NCBI RefSeq assembly: GCF_004010195.1
Contig: NC_057756.1
Coordinates: forward strand, 3,081,824-3,145,823
Direction of reading: 5' to 3'
DNA length: 64,000 nucleotides
Source: Chiloscyllium plagiosum
Lineage: Eukaryota
Part shown: piece after piece, positions 63,331 to 64,000 of the stretch
Layout of the letters: each line of letters opens with the position of its first letter
How positions within the stretch are numbered: the stretch's first letter is position 1
The notes under the pieces: model-generated
Told to the model about the DNA's origin: nothing
Seen by the model: the letters and a program-made list of their open reading frames with translations, nothing else
Databases searched by the model: none
Made by a program: the position numbers and the translations under genes

Positions 63331-64000
63331 GCAGAAATAGACTGAATGTCTAACCTAATTGTACATGACGTAGATATAGGAGATGCTGTTCTGATTAAGC
63401 AACACCGTTATATGCATAACCCTCTAAACTTGCCACAGGTTCAGAAGAAGGTAAAATGCACGCTCGAAGATGGCAAAATCAAAGTGAGTTACAGTGACTG
63501 GAGCAGACCCATAGTCATGGTGCCAAAGCTACATGATACGCAAAGTTTACGTGTTGTCTATCAAAAATTCAGTGCAGTTACAAAAAGCGATGCATATCTA
63601 CTTACACGTTTGGAGAACTATGTCTAAAAGGTGGGATATGCAACTTACATTTCGAAGGTGAATTTGCTCACAGGCTACTGGTGGGTACTTTTGCATAAGG
63701 AACAAAGACAATTTCGGCTTTTGTATGCCAAATATACTGTATCGTTTTATAGGCATACCATTTGGTACGAAAAGAAAACGCTCCACCCACATTTCAGAGT
63801 CTAACGAATACGGTAATGCCTTGATTACTCAACTGAGTTATGTACATTGATGACTTGTTTGATGTTTAGTCATTCATGGAGGAAACATTCACACCATCTA
63901 TTGGACTTCACTGATCTACTTCGAAAGGCAGATTTGGTTGCAAACCGATATAAAAGTGAATTTGCCACAGCCCAAGTCACCTTCCTGGGCCATGCTATCA
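63331..64000 (+). mobile_element. Gmr1-like Gypsy RT (continuation)
   Basis: HDVDIGDAVLIKQHRY...WSRPIVMVPK...VTKSDAY, YIDDL, VTFLGH. Confidence 0.85.

Noticed and set aside
1..64000. CRISPR arrays, rRNA or tRNA genes, prokaryotic operons
   Set aside because: No regularly spaced repeat-spacer array and no rRNA or intact tRNA were seen. tRNA-like sequence occurs only as decayed SINE heads, and the DNA is vertebrate-like.

Overview
This is eukaryotic, AT-rich, repeat-dense DNA. The repeat families (CR1 LINEs, V-SINE/HE1-type SINEs, Penelope-like elements) point to a cartilaginous fish (shark); that assignment is an inference. I see no intact protein-coding gene. Manual splicing and translation of the inter-repeat sequence reveal two highly divergent, decayed multi-exon genes lying tail-to-tail. 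The first is an alsin (ALS2)-like pseudogene on the + strand (~8.9-27.6 kb) with RCC1-like, DH/PH, MORN and VPS9 remnants in the expected order. The second is a GREB1/GREB1L-family pseudogene on the - strand (~56.2-32.4 kb) with about 18 exon remnants. Both look like ancient extra paralogs that later died, not recent copies. The window also holds a fragmented class III (ERV-L/spuma-like) endogenous retrovirus (gag + pol, - strand, 3.8-8.9 kb), two Gmr1-like Ty3/Gypsy relics, and several Penelope-like elements with minimal hammerhead ribozyme motifs. One of these is a perfect 95-bp-arm palindrome flanked by a 14-bp TSD. A patchwork templated insertion sits at ~3.2-3.4 kb. All protein comparisons were made by eye against human or consensus sequences recalled from memory and need confirmation by alignment. 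Repeat boundaries are approximate.
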